DNA of 64,000 nt, from NCBI GenBank assembly GCA_004298675.1, contig SCRI01000080.1:6961-70960 (forward strand), written 5' to 3'. Positions 6,722-15,550 of this stretch are shown here, in pieces. Made by a program: the position numbers and the translations under genes. Positions within the stretch are counted from its first letter, which is position 1. Each line of letters begins with the position of its first letter. Origin of the DNA: a bacterium. Lineage in GTDB: Bacteria; Vulcanimicrobiota; Vulcanimicrobiia; Vulcanimicrobiales; SCRA01. The notes under the pieces are model-generated. The model made no database searches, was not told where the DNA came from, and saw nothing but the letters and a program-made list of their open reading frames with translations.

Positions 6722-7726
6722 ATGCAACCGCACGGCGTGATGCTGGCGACGCTCGTGGGCGAACCCTTCGATGATCCCGAGTGGATCTTCGAGACCAAGT
6801 GGGACGGCGTACGCGCGCTCTGCCACATCGATGCGCGTGGGGGCATGACGCTGCGCTCGCGCACGGGCGGCGATCTCAAGCCGGCCTTCCCCGAGCTGGC
6901 GCCGCTGCGGCGAGCGTTTTCCGGGTTGCCGCTCACCGTCGACGGTGAGATCGTGGCCCTGGACGAACACGGGCGCTCTTCGTTCCAACGGCTGCAGGCG
7001 CGCATCAACCGCGCTCGCCCCGATGCCGCCGAGGTGGCGGCGGTGCCGGTGCATTTCGTGGTCTTCGATCTGTTGGAGCACGCGGGGCGAGACGTCACCG
7101 CGCTGCCGCTCGAGCGCCGCCGCCAGCTGCTGCAGGCGGCGATCGTCGCGCGCGACGGAGTACTGGCCTTCTCTCGCGACGTGCGCGGCACCGGAAAGGC
7201 TGCGTTCGCGGCGGCGGAGCGGGCCGGCCTGGAGGGCATCGTGGCCAAGCACCTCGGTTCACACTACGTGGGCAAGCGCTCGCGTCAGTGGCTGAAGATC
7301 AAGGTGCAATTGCGTCAGGAGTTCGTGATCGGCGGATGGACGCAGCCACGCGGCAGCCGCGAACACTTCGGCGCGTTGCTGCTGGGAACGTACGACGGCG
7401 CCGGGTTACGCTACGCCGGCAGCGTCGGCACCGGATTCGCGGCGCGTGACTTGCACGAAGTGATGCTGCGCTTGGCGCCACTGAAGCAGCAGCGCAGCCC
7501 GTTTATCGCGTCATCGGCAACTCCGGCCAACGCGCATTTCGTGAAGCCCACGCTGGTGGCGGAGGTGAAGTTCGCCGAGTGGACGCGGGACGGCAGCATC
7601 CGCCAGCCGGTCTTCATCGGCTTGCGCGCCGATAAGCGGGCGCGCGACGTGGTGCGTGAGCGGCCGCAGGACGGCTCTTCCGAGTCTGCGCCAAGCTCTC
7701 GTCGAGCACCTCGCGCAGGTCGATGA
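6722..7726 (+). CDS. ligD: ATP-dependent DNA ligase, stand-alone LigD ligase domain (NHEJ)
   Basis: 334 aa. Adenylation motif I is ETKWDGVRAL (KxDG). Also has GLEGIVAKHL, KRSRQWLKIK and a C-terminal GLRADKRARDVVRE typical of LigD ligase domains. Confidence 0.9.
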   Translation: MQPHGVMLATLVGEPFDDPEWIFETKWDGVRALCHIDARGGMTLRSRTGGDLKPAFPELAPLRRAFSGLPLTVDGEIVALDEHGRSSFQRLQARINRARPDAAEVAAVPVHFVVFDLLEHAGRDVTALPLERRRQLLQAAIVARDGVLAFSRDVRGTGKAAFAAAERAGLEGIVAKHLGSHYVGKRSRQWLKIKVQLRQEFVIGGWTQPRGSREHFGALLLGTYDGAGLRYAGSVGTGFAARDLHEVMLRLAPLKQQRSPFIASSATPANAHFVKPTLVAEVKFAEWTRDGSIRQPVFIGLRADKRARDVVRERPQDGSSESAPSSRRAPRAGR

Positions 7727-8453
7727 CGTTGGTGGCCGGCCGTGGCTTGGCGGTACGAGCCTCCACCGTCTGACCGCGCGCGCGAGCCTCGATCAACGCG
7801 GTCAACTCTTCACGATACGTATCCTTGAAGGCGGCGAAATCGAAGGTGGCGGCCATGGCATCGATCAGCATCGTCGCGGACTTGACCTCGCCGGCACTGG
7901 CTTTCTCCGACTTAGCCGGTAGATCGAGACCCTCTTGACCGACCAGCTCGTCGGCGAAATGCATCAGCTCGAGAATCAGGGCATTGCCGTGCGGCCGCAC
8001 CGCGGCAAGATGCTCGCGCGTGCGGAGGACCACCCGCGCGATCCCCACCTTCGTCCCCTTCGCCAGCACGTCGCGCAGCAGCGCGTAGGCATGGCGCCCT
8101 TTTTTCTCCGGCACCAGGTAGTAGGGGGTATCGAAGAGCATCGGGTCGATCTCCGAGGTCTCGACGAACTCCGTGATGTCGATCGACTGCGTGGCCTCGA
8201 CGTCGACGCGCTTGAAATCCTCGTCGGTCAGGACCACGTGCTTGCCCTTCTCGTATTCGAAACCGCGCACCACGTTCTCCCACGCCACGTTCTTGCCGCA
8301 GATATCGCAGACGCGCACGGTGCTCAGGCGCCCGCCGTCGCGATCGTGTAGAAAGTGGAAGCGCAGCTCGTTCGGCCGTACCGCGGTAAAGAGTTGAATG
8401 GGAATGGTGACCAGACCGAAGTTGACGGTTCCGCTCCAAATCGCGCGTGCCAT
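7614..8453 (-). CDS. ku: Ku protein (NHEJ DNA-end-binding)
   Basis: Starts at the internal Met of ORF 7614..9275: MARAIWSGTVNFGLVTIPIQLFTA...DTPYYLVPEKKG...IDLREVLDESL, 279 aa. It begins 2 nt after the stop of the upstream polymerase-domain gene. The longer ORF extension overlaps that gene and is rejected. Confidence 0.9.
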   Translation of the reverse strand: MARAIWSGTVNFGLVTIPIQLFTAVRPNELRFHFLHDRDGGRLSTVRVCDICGKNVAWENVVRGFEYEKGKHVVLTDEDFKRVDVEATQSIDITEFVETSEIDPMLFDTPYYLVPEKKGRHAYALLRDVLAKGTKVGIARVVLRTREHLAAVRPHGNALILELMHFADELVGQEGLDLPAKSEKASAGEVKSATMLIDAMAATFDFAAFKDTYREELTALIEARARGQTVEARTAKPRPATNVIDLREVLDESLAQTRKSRPAAAHAPRRAPAYRRASR

Positions 8454-8455
8454 GA

Positions 8456-9364
8456 TCAGACATTCCTCCAGCGGCGAGCCGCGCGCTCGAGCGCCGGCTC
8501 CAAACGTTGCGGTGGTCCGTATGAAGCGCGCCAGGGATCGGGGAGCGCGGCGGCGCTCGCGATCGTCCAGCGCGCGAAGGCGAGCGTGGGCTCTAGGCTT
8601 GCGCCGGCGCTCCACGCCTCGACCTCGCTCCAGGCCAGCGGCATCGAGACCGGTGCGCTCCGGCGCGCCCGCACCGTGAACGGCGCCGCGAACGTCTTGC
8701 CGCGTCCGATCTGCAGATAGTCGAGCGAGACTGTGCGTGGCCGGCGGCGTTCCACGGATCGCTCCAACGTGACGTCGTTGGAGCCTTGGGCGATGTGCCT
8801 GCTCACCGTCTCGGCGAAGTCGCGTACTTGCGCATAGCCGGCGCTGGGCGCCAGTGAAACGATCACGTGCAGGCCCTTGCCGCCCGTCGTCTTGACGCGC
8901 GCGCGCAGTCCCAGCGCCGACAGTGTGTCGCGGAACAGCAGCGCAACGCGGGCAAGGCGTGCCAAACCGCATCCCGGCATCGGATCGAGATCGAAGAGCA
9001 GGATATCCGGCTCGTCGAGGTGCCCGACGCGTGACTGCCACGGATGCAACGTTACCGCGGCGAGGTTCGCGAGATAGAGCAGCGTCCTCTCGTCCTCGCA
9101 CAGGACGTAATGGATGGTACGGTCCGCCGACTCGCTGCGCAGCGCGACGGTCTTCAGCCAGGACGGGGCGCCGCGCGGTGCGTCCTTTTCGAAGAAGTGC
9201 TCGCCGTCCAGTCCGTTGGGATAGCGCTCGAGCATCAAGGGGCGCCCCGCCAAGTATGGCAGGATGCGTGCGCACACGCGCTGATAGTACGCGACGAGAT
9301 CGCCTTTGGTGATGCCCTCGCCGGGAAAGAGCACTTTCCCCGGATTGGTCACGAGCGTCGTCAT
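8456..9364 (-). CDS. stand-alone LigD polymerase/primase domain (NHEJ PolDom)
   Basis: 302 aa. MTTLVTNPGKVLFPGEGITKGDLVAYYQRV...LFDLDP...VKTTGGKGLHV is the archaeo-eukaryotic primase-like LigD PolDom signature. ATGA overlap with the upstream phosphoesterase gene. Confidence 0.9.
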   Translation of the reverse strand: MTTLVTNPGKVLFPGEGITKGDLVAYYQRVCARILPYLAGRPLMLERYPNGLDGEHFFEKDAPRGAPSWLKTVALRSESADRTIHYVLCEDERTLLYLANLAAVTLHPWQSRVGHLDEPDILLFDLDPMPGCGLARLARVALLFRDTLSALGLRARVKTTGGKGLHVIVSLAPSAGYAQVRDFAETVSRHIAQGSNDVTLERSVERRRPRTVSLDYLQIGRGKTFAAPFTVRARRSAPVSMPLAWSEVEAWSAGASLEPTLAFARWTIASAAALPDPWRASYGPPQRLEPALERAARRWRNV

Positions 9365-9945
9365 GCGTGCCGGCGCCCTTCGCGCGCGACGTCGTCGAGC
9401 GTGCGCCCCGTCAGCACCGAGGCCGGGTGCTCCGACGCAAGCCAGCGCGGGTCAGCCTGGGCGTCGGACTCCTTGATCAAAAGCCAGGCATCCTCCGTAC
9501 CCTCGCGTGCGCGCATTTTCACCAGCGCAAAACCACCGTGCAGCTTGCGGCCGTGCAGCGCGAACTTCAGCGCGCCGCGCTCGAAGGCGGCGCGTGCCGA
9601 GGTGCCCTCGAGCAACGAGTACGTGCCGGTGTCCCAAACGATCACCTCACCGGCGCCGTAGCTGCCCTCCGGAATGCGCCCTTCGAACGCCGCGTACTCT
9701 AGCGGGTGATCCTCCACGTGCACGGCTAGCCGTTTGAGCGCCGGGTCGAGCGAGGGCCCTTTGGGAACGGCCCAAGACTTCAGCACGCCATCGATTTCAA
9801 GCCGAAAGTCGTAGTGCAGACGTGAGGCGCGGTGGAGCTGCACCACAAAGCGGGCGCCTGCCGCGCGAGCGCGCGCGCCCCGCGGTTCGGGGCTGCGATC
9901 GAAATCGCGACGTTTGCGATATACGGAAAGTGAAGGGCCGGTCAC
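9361..9945 (-). CDS. stand-alone LigD 3'-phosphoesterase domain (NHEJ PE)
   Basis: YRKRRDFDRSPEP...FVVQLHRASRLHYDFRLEIDGVLKSWAVPKGPS...VEDHPLEYAAFEGRIPEGSYGAGEVIVWD matches the LigD PE domain. The start is placed at GTG 9945, 8 codons before the YRKRRDF motif. The longest ORF runs to ATG 10026, so the start is uncertain. Confidence 0.85.
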   Translation of the reverse strand: MTGPSLSVYRKRRDFDRSPEPRGARARAAGARFVVQLHRASRLHYDFRLEIDGVLKSWAVPKGPSLDPALKRLAVHVEDHPLEYAAFEGRIPEGSYGAGEVIVWDTGTYSLLEGTSARAAFERGALKFALHGRKLHGGFALVKMRAREGTEDAWLLIKESDAQADPRWLASEHPASVLTGRTLDDVAREGRRHA

Positions 9946-10102
9946 TGCAAGAGGAGGATACCCATCCCTGCGTGCTCCAATGCGTGGAGCATACGTGCAG
10001 CAAGCGACCACCCGGAGCCGGTGCAAGCGTCAGAAAGGTGGGAAGTACGCTACTGGGTGGGCGCCGGATCAATATCCGATCATTTTTGAAAGGGGCAAGA
10101 TC

Positions 10103-11374
10103 ATGCGTCATGCTTCGATTTCGCGCGAGGCGTTCGTCAAGGGCGCCACTGCTGGTGCCGCCGCCCTCGCTGCGGGATTCCCAGCCTTCGTTCCCAAACG
10201 CGGTGAGGCCGCGGACCAACTACGCATCGGCGTGCTGGAAGAGTACACGGGCACCTACGCCACCGAGGGGCGCAACGAGACGCGCGGCGCGCAGATGGCC
10301 GTCGATGCGTGGAACAAGCGCGGCGGTGTGCTGGGGCGCCAAGTCGCGCTCGTAAAGGAAGACATCCAGGGCGATCCCGGCGTCACCGTGCAGAAGGCAC
10401 GCAAGCTCGTGAATCAGGATAAGGTGGAAGCGCTCTTCGGCTGCGTCTCCAGCGCCGACGCGCTCGCTGCCAGCGGCGCCGCGAATGCGATGGGGATGCT
10501 CTACGTCGACTCGGGCGGGCACACCGACGACGTCACGGGCAAAGCCTGCCATTGGAACACGTTCAGAACCTGCCACAGCACCTGGATGGAGACGCACGCC
10601 ACCGGCTACTCCATCGCCAAGCTGTTTGGGAAGAAGTGGTTCCTCATCACGCCCGACTATGCCTACGGCCACTCGTTGGCGATCGGCTACCAGGACGTGA
10701 TCAAGCGAATCGGCGGTCAGATCATCGCCAACGAGCTCACGCCGCTGGGCACCACGGATTTCAGTTCGTACCTCACCAAAGTCGAGGGGGCCAAGCCCGA
10801 CGTGCTGGTGGCGATGCCGCAGGGTAACGACCTCGTCAATCTGCTCAAACAAGCATCCTCGTTCGGCCTGCTCAAGAAGTTGCCGGTGGCGGGGCCGCAG
10901 GTGGAGCTGGAGACGATGTGGGCGCTGCCCGACGAGGCCCGCGTGGGCTACTGGGGCATCGAGTGGTACTACACGAACGAGCTCGTGCTGGGTAAAGGCA
11001 ACACCCAGGCGGCGAACTTCGTGCAAGCCTACCGCAAGCAGTACACTGAGCCGCCCACAGCTCGCGTCTGCTTCGGTTATACCACCGTCGATCGTCTGCT
11101 CTGGGGGATGAACGAGGCCAAGACGACCGACGCCGCCAAGGTGGCACGCACGTTGGAGAACGCGCATTTCCGCGGTCTCTGGGAAGGTTCACCGTACTAC
11201 CGCGGTGCCGATCACCAGTTGATGTGGCCGATGTGGTTCGCGCAGATTCGCGCCAAGGGAACCGCCACGGACAGCCACGACATCTTCGACGTGAAGGATC
11301 GCCAGGAAGCCGACAAGATCGAGCAGACCGTTGCCGAGAAGGCGGCCGTCTGCCACTTGGGCTATCCGGGCTAG
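10103..11374 (+). CDS. ABC transporter substrate-binding protein, LivK/type-1 PBP family (orphan copy)
   Basis: Start at ATG 10103 with AAAGGGG 8 nt upstream. Tat-like leader MRHASISREAFVKGATAGAAALAAG. Paralogous to the SBP at 29266..30645 (shared ITPDYAYG/VPDYTYG and GTTDFSSYL/GTTDYSSYL). Confidence 0.85.
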   Translation: MRHASISREAFVKGATAGAAALAAGFPAFVPKRGEAADQLRIGVLEEYTGTYATEGRNETRGAQMAVDAWNKRGGVLGRQVALVKEDIQGDPGVTVQKARKLVNQDKVEALFGCVSSADALAASGAANAMGMLYVDSGGHTDDVTGKACHWNTFRTCHSTWMETHATGYSIAKLFGKKWFLITPDYAYGHSLAIGYQDVIKRIGGQIIANELTPLGTTDFSSYLTKVEGAKPDVLVAMPQGNDLVNLLKQASSFGLLKKLPVAGPQVELETMWALPDEARVGYWGIEWYYTNELVLGKGNTQAANFVQAYRKQYTEPPTARVCFGYTTVDRLLWGMNEAKTTDAAKVARTLENAHFRGLWEGSPYYRGADHQLMWPMWFAQIRAKGTATDSHDIFDVKDRQEADKIEQTVAEKAAVCHLGYPG

Positions 11375-11405
11375 CGCCGCGCGCTGAAGGTTGGCGCCGC
11401 GGGCT
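11373..11405. terminator. GC-rich hairpin between convergent genes (possible bidirectional terminator, no U-tract)
   Basis: AGC-G-CCGC-GCGC / loop tgaaggttg / GCGC-C-GCGG-GCT pairs by eye (11 bp, two single bulges). It sits between the stops at 11374 (+) and 11407 (-). Confidence 0.35.
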
Positions 11406-11406
11406 C

Positions 11407-12486
11407 CTACGCCTCCGGCGCCAACTCGCGCGTGAGCGCGCTCGCGATGGCCTGACCCATCTCCTGCGTGGAGGCCGTGCCGCCCAAGTCTGGCGTGCGC
11501 GGTCCGTGCTCGAGCACGTGCTCGATGGCGGACGTTACGGCCCCAGCCGCATCGGCGTGGCCCAGGTGTTCCAGCATCATCGCCCCCGACCAGATCTGTC
11601 CCACGGGATTGGCGATGTTGCGTCCGGCGATGTCCGGCGCCGAGCCGTGCACCGGCTCGAACATGGAGGGGAATTCGCGCTCCGGATTGATGTTGGCCGA
11701 GGGGGCGATCCCGATGGTTCCCGCGACGGCCGGTCCCAAGTCGGAGAGGATGTCGCCGAAGAGATTCGAGCCCACCACTACGTCGAACCAGTCGGGGTGC
11801 TGCACGAAATGCGCGGTGAGGATGTCGACGTGGAACTGATCGGTACGCACGTCGGGGTACTGGCTCTTGAGCGCGGCGAAGCGCTCGTCCCAATACGGCA
11901 TGGAGAAGACGATGCCGTTGGACTTGGTCGCCGAGGTCAGATGGTGCCGCGGACGCGAGCGTGCCAGCTCGAAGGCGTATCGCATGATACGGTCGACGCC
12001 GCGCCGCGTGAAGACCGACTGCTGCACGACCACCTCGTCGTCCGTGCCCGCGTAGAGGCGGCCGCCGATCTCCGAGTACTCACCTTCGTTGTTCTCGCGC
12101 ACGACGTAGAAGTCGACGTCGCCAACCTCGCGTCCACGCAGCGGCGAGGTGACGCCGCGCATCAGCCGTACCGGGCGCAGATTGACGTACTGCCGGAAGA
12201 CGCGCCGGATGGGAATCAGCAGCTGCCACAGGGAGACGTGATCCGGCACGCCGGGAAAGCCCACGGCGCCTAGGAAGATAGCGTCGTGCGAGCGGATGCG
12301 CTCGAGGCCGTCCTCCGGCATCATGCGCCCGTGCTCGGCGTACCACTCGCAGCTCCACGGGTAGGTCTCCCACTCGAAGGCGAGGCCGAAGCGGCGTCCG
12401 GCGGCGTCGAGCACGCGGATGCCCTCCGGTACCACTTCCTTGCCGATGCCGTCACCGGGGATGACGGCGATGCGATAGCTCTTCAA
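11407..12486 (-). CDS. tartrate dehydrogenase/decarboxylase / D-malate dehydrogenase (isopropylmalate-dehydrogenase superfamily)
   Basis: 359 aa. It is near-collinear with my memory of E. coli DmlA/YeaU: IAVIPGDGIGKEV, VNLRPVRL, FYVVRENNEGEYS, LTSATKSNG, SNLFGDILSDLGPA and FEPVHGSAPDIAG. Confidence 0.9.
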   Translation of the reverse strand: MKSYRIAVIPGDGIGKEVVPEGIRVLDAAGRRFGLAFEWETYPWSCEWYAEHGRMMPEDGLERIRSHDAIFLGAVGFPGVPDHVSLWQLLIPIRRVFRQYVNLRPVRLMRGVTSPLRGREVGDVDFYVVRENNEGEYSEIGGRLYAGTDDEVVVQQSVFTRRGVDRIMRYAFELARSRPRHHLTSATKSNGIVFSMPYWDERFAALKSQYPDVRTDQFHVDILTAHFVQHPDWFDVVVGSNLFGDILSDLGPAVAGTIGIAPSANINPEREFPSMFEPVHGSAPDIAGRNIANPVGQIWSGAMMLEHLGHADAAGAVTSAIEHVLEHGPRTPDLGGTASTQEMGQAIASALTRELAPEA

Positions 12487-12600
12487 CGTTCGTGCACCTC
12501 GCGGCGGCGTTCTCGCAGACGCGAGCGCAACCTCCTGCGCGTGATGGAAAAGAACGCCGTGTGACGAGGCGCCGGCCCAGCGGCGCCGAATGGCGGCGCG

Positions 12601-13746
12601 TTGCGTTATCTGTTGCTGTGGCTGGCCGGCGTCGATCTGCGCGTGACGCTGCTAGCGCTTCCGCCGATCCTGCCCATGCTGCGCGCCGATCTGCATTTGA
12701 ACGAGAAGGCCATCGCCGCGCTCACGGGTCTGCCCGTGCTGCTCTTGGCGGCGGCGGCGATTCCCGGCTCTCTGCTGATCGCGCGACTCGGTGCGCGGCG
12801 GGCGCTGATCGCGGGACTCTTGGCCGTGACCGTCAGCTCCGCGCTGCGGGGCGCCGGCCCTTCGTCCGCGATGCTCTTCGCGATGACGTTCGTGATGGGC
12901 GTGGGAATCGCGGTGGTCCAACCGGCGGTGCCCACGCTCATCAATCAATGGCTGGCGCGCAGCGTGGGCCTGGCGACGGCGATCTACACCAACGGCTTGC
13001 TGGTGGGCGAGGCGCTCAGCGCCTCGTTGACGATTCCGCTTCTGCTGCCTCTGCTAGGCGGCAACTGGATGCTGAGCCTAGCGTGGTGGGCGGTGCCGGT
13101 GCTGCTGTCGACGGGGGTCATCGCGCGTTGGGCGCCGCGGTCCCCCGAGCCCAGCGCGGCCGCGCGGGCGCGCGCGTGGATCCCCGACTGGCGCGACTCC
13201 AGCACCTGGGTGCTGGGCATGGTTCAAGGTGGCGGCTCCAGCCTGTACTTTGCGGCGAACGCCTTCATTCCGGGATACCTGCACGCAACGGGTCACGCCG
13301 GGTTGGTGGGCCCATGCCTGAGCGCACTCAACGTGGGCCAACTTCCGGCCACCATCGTGGTGGCCCTGGCAGCGCGCCAACTGGTGGGGCGGCGCCTCCC
13401 GTTGATCGCGGCCGGCGTGCTCTCTGCCGTGGGCTTGGCGCTCTTCCTCAGCGGCACCACGACGGGGCTGGTGGCGGGCGCCGCGCTCTTTGGATTCTGC
13501 GCCGCCGCCGTTTTGATTCTCACGCTTGCGTTGGCGCCCTTGCTGGCGGATGACGCCGACGTGCACCGTCTCTCCGCGGGAATGTTCACGATCGGCTACG
13601 GGTACGCGTTCGCGCTGCCGATGTTGGGGGGTGCCGTTTGGGACGCCAGCGGGATTCCAGCCACCGCCTTCGTGCCCGTGGCTCTGGGCGCGTTGACGGT
13701 GGTGGTCGCGGCCTCCGCGCGGCGTCTGCTGCCGCGGCCGCGCTGA
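12601..13746 (+). CDS. MFS transporter (CynX/NimT-like)
   Basis: 381 aa, about 12 hydrophobic segments, TTG start. N-terminus LLLWLAGVDLRVTLLALPPILPMLRADLHL resembles the cyanate-permease-type MFS family. Confidence 0.8.
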   Translation: MRYLLLWLAGVDLRVTLLALPPILPMLRADLHLNEKAIAALTGLPVLLLAAAAIPGSLLIARLGARRALIAGLLAVTVSSALRGAGPSSAMLFAMTFVMGVGIAVVQPAVPTLINQWLARSVGLATAIYTNGLLVGEALSASLTIPLLLPLLGGNWMLSLAWWAVPVLLSTGVIARWAPRSPEPSAAARARAWIPDWRDSSTWVLGMVQGGGSSLYFAANAFIPGYLHATGHAGLVGPCLSALNVGQLPATIVVALAARQLVGRRLPLIAAGVLSAVGLALFLSGTTTGLVAGAALFGFCAAAVLILTLALAPLLADDADVHRLSAGMFTIGYGYAFALPMLGGAVWDASGIPATAFVPVALGALTVVVAASARRLLPRPR

Positions 13747-13836
13747 GCCGGCGCGCGGGATCCGGCGTGCGAGCATGGTCGCAGCCGTGGATTACGCATC
13801 CATGGTATCCCGTACTAGGGGTGTGCTTACGCACGA

Positions 13837-14040
13837 ATGTCTCATGTAATCGATCCGGAGGCGCTCGTCTCCGTCATTCTCACCAAACGTGAATTGGCCA
13901 CGGTGGTCGCGGCCCTGCGCACGGCGCAAGGGCAGGGATTTCCTGCGCTCTCGTACGAGATGTACTTCAACGACTTTCCGCCGCTGGAGCGCAGGGAGAT
14001 CGACGAGCTGTGCCGCAATCTCGAATACCCCGGCGGCTGA
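13837..14040 (+). CDS. hypothetical small protein (67 aa)
   Basis: ATG ORF in a slightly lower-GC patch with non-repetitive acidic/helical composition. No motif recognised. Confidence 0.4.
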   Translation: MSHVIDPEALVSVILTKRELATVVAALRTAQGQGFPALSYEMYFNDFPPLERREIDELCRNLEYPGG

Positions 14041-14083
14041 GTAGGCATGTCGTAGCGGGCCAGTTCGGCCTGCGTAGCCACTC

Positions 14084-14284
14084 GTGCCGCCTCACGCGGT
14101 AATGGACGCAGCAGACTCAGACGAGCGTAAACGCCTTGAAGAGCACCTCGCGAAGATTCGCGAGGTGCTCGATAATTCTCTGGAAACCTGTGGCGATCTA
14201 CACGAACAGGCCGAGGCGCTCGAACGGCTCGCGGAGATCGAGGCGTTCGTCAAGCGCGCGCTGGGGGAGCATTCCGAGGGCTAG
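14084..14284 (+). CDS. hypothetical small helical protein (66 aa)
   Basis: GTG ORF (alternative ATG 6 codons in) with heptad-like acidic sequence KRLEEHLAKIREVLDNSLE...AEALERLAEIEAFVKRAL. No motif recognised. Confidence 0.35.
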   Translation: MPPHAVMDAADSDERKRLEEHLAKIREVLDNSLETCGDLHEQAEALERLAEIEAFVKRALGEHSEG

Positions 14285-15048
14285 CGCGGCTCGAAGCCCG
14301 TCAACGCGACGGTATAGGTATGGGTCTTGTCGTCGAAAGCGATCGTGTAGCGCGTCGGGAAGCTCTTGCCGGCCGCGTAAGCTTTGGGTTGCGGCAACGC
14401 TTCGTCGACCTGCGCCTTGCTTTGCAGGAAGGCGGTGGTGGCCATCGGCTCGACGAAGGCGAAGTTCCCGTCATAGAATCCGTAGATCAACGTCTGCGTG
14501 AACGGCTGGCCGTTGAACTCGGCACTCTTGGGATTGATCCAGTGCGCGCCCATCTGCGGCACGCCGCCGGGGGTGGGCACGTATCCGGCGGGCACGCTGT
14601 CGGGGTTGGGTTTCTTTTCAACGCGGGCCAGGTCGTCGCCGCTGGCCGTGATGCCCGCGCGTGTCTGCTCGGAAAGCGTGTAGAAGTGGAAATCGAAGTG
14701 CGGCTTCCCGTAGATTTGCTGGGGCTCGTGTCCCTGCGGATTCCAGTCGATGGCGATGTGCGTGAACGGCGTTTGGGTGGTGGCCTGCGCGATGCGCAGG
14801 ACGGTTTCCACCGGCTGCGCCGGCAGCCCGATCAGCATGCTCTCCGGAAAGGTAATGCCGATTGCGATCACGCGGCCTTGGACGTCGGTCTGCGTGAAAC
14901 TCTGCACGGTGGTAGCGCCCAGCGGTTGCGCGTCGGAGACGGCGACGCGCGTCTGAGCCGCGGCCGGCGCAGCGGCGAGAGCGGCAAGAGCGGCAAGTGC
15001 TAGCGTCAAGACGCCGGCACGGGTAAGTGACGGAAACGAATGCGGCAC
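14281..15048 (-). CDS. secreted protein of unknown function
   Basis: 255 aa with signal peptide ...LALAALAALAAAPAAAQ. Globular sequence containing HIAIDWNPQGHEPQQIYGKPHFDFHFY. The family is not confidently recognised. Confidence 0.7.
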   Translation of the reverse strand: MPHSFPSLTRAGVLTLALAALAALAAAPAAAQTRVAVSDAQPLGATTVQSFTQTDVQGRVIAIGITFPESMLIGLPAQPVETVLRIAQATTQTPFTHIAIDWNPQGHEPQQIYGKPHFDFHFYTLSEQTRAGITASGDDLARVEKKPNPDSVPAGYVPTPGGVPQMGAHWINPKSAEFNGQPFTQTLIYGFYDGNFAFVEPMATTAFLQSKAQVDEALPQPKAYAAGKSFPTRYTIAFDDKTHTYTVALTGFEPR

Positions 15049-15128
15049 GAAGATATCCTCCTCATCGGCGCGGATGGCTGATGTTCGATACCCCGGCCGA
15101 CGCTCCGATTAACCCGCTACGCGTGCCG

Positions 15129-15404
15129 TTACTGCCGTCCTACTCTTGCTGCGACGACAGCGTTGTAGACCCAGGCCGCGATGGCTCCGCCCAGCGCCGC
15201 GATGATGACCAGCCAAAGGCCTCCGAGCAGCCCGAAGAGCGCACCCGGATGGTAATACGTTGGGCCATACGGCCCCATCATCGGGCCGCGGCCGTACATC
15301 ATCATGGAGCCGCCCATGGAGAATGCGCTGAGCAGGCCGAGGACGCCGAAGGCGACCGCGAGTCCGGCCGGGCTGAGCGGTTGGTAGCGTGGGGTTTGGT
15401 TCAT
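15129..15404 (-). CDS. small two-TM membrane protein with a Met/Gly/Pro/Tyr-rich loop
   Basis: Start taken at internal ATG 15404 (GGAG 7 nt upstream on the minus strand). MNQTPRYQPLSPAGLAVAFGVLGLLSAF-SMGGSMMMYGRGPMMGPYGPTYYHPG-ALFGLLGGLWLVIIAALGGAIAAWV. Confidence 0.55.
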   Translation of the reverse strand: MNQTPRYQPLSPAGLAVAFGVLGLLSAFSMGGSMMMYGRGPMMGPYGPTYYHPGALFGLLGGLWLVIIAALGGAIAAWVYNAVVAARVGRQ

Positions 15405-15550
15405 GGAGGTGCTCCTTCCGGCATCTGTGGCCAGGTTGAGATTACGACGGCGCGGCGCAGAATGCTGGAAGGAGTAGTGAAGGAGGCGCAACCAAAGGGC
15501 GGAAGCGCGGGTTCTGCAAGAGATCACGAGCCGGCGCCGACAGGGGGAGC

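Noticed and set aside
8454-9275. N-terminal extension of the Ku ORF (the track gives 7614..9275, 553 aa)
   Set aside because: The extension overlaps the LigD polymerase-domain gene in another frame and is Arg/Pro-rich. Ku homology begins at MARAIWSG (8453), 2 nt after the upstream stop.
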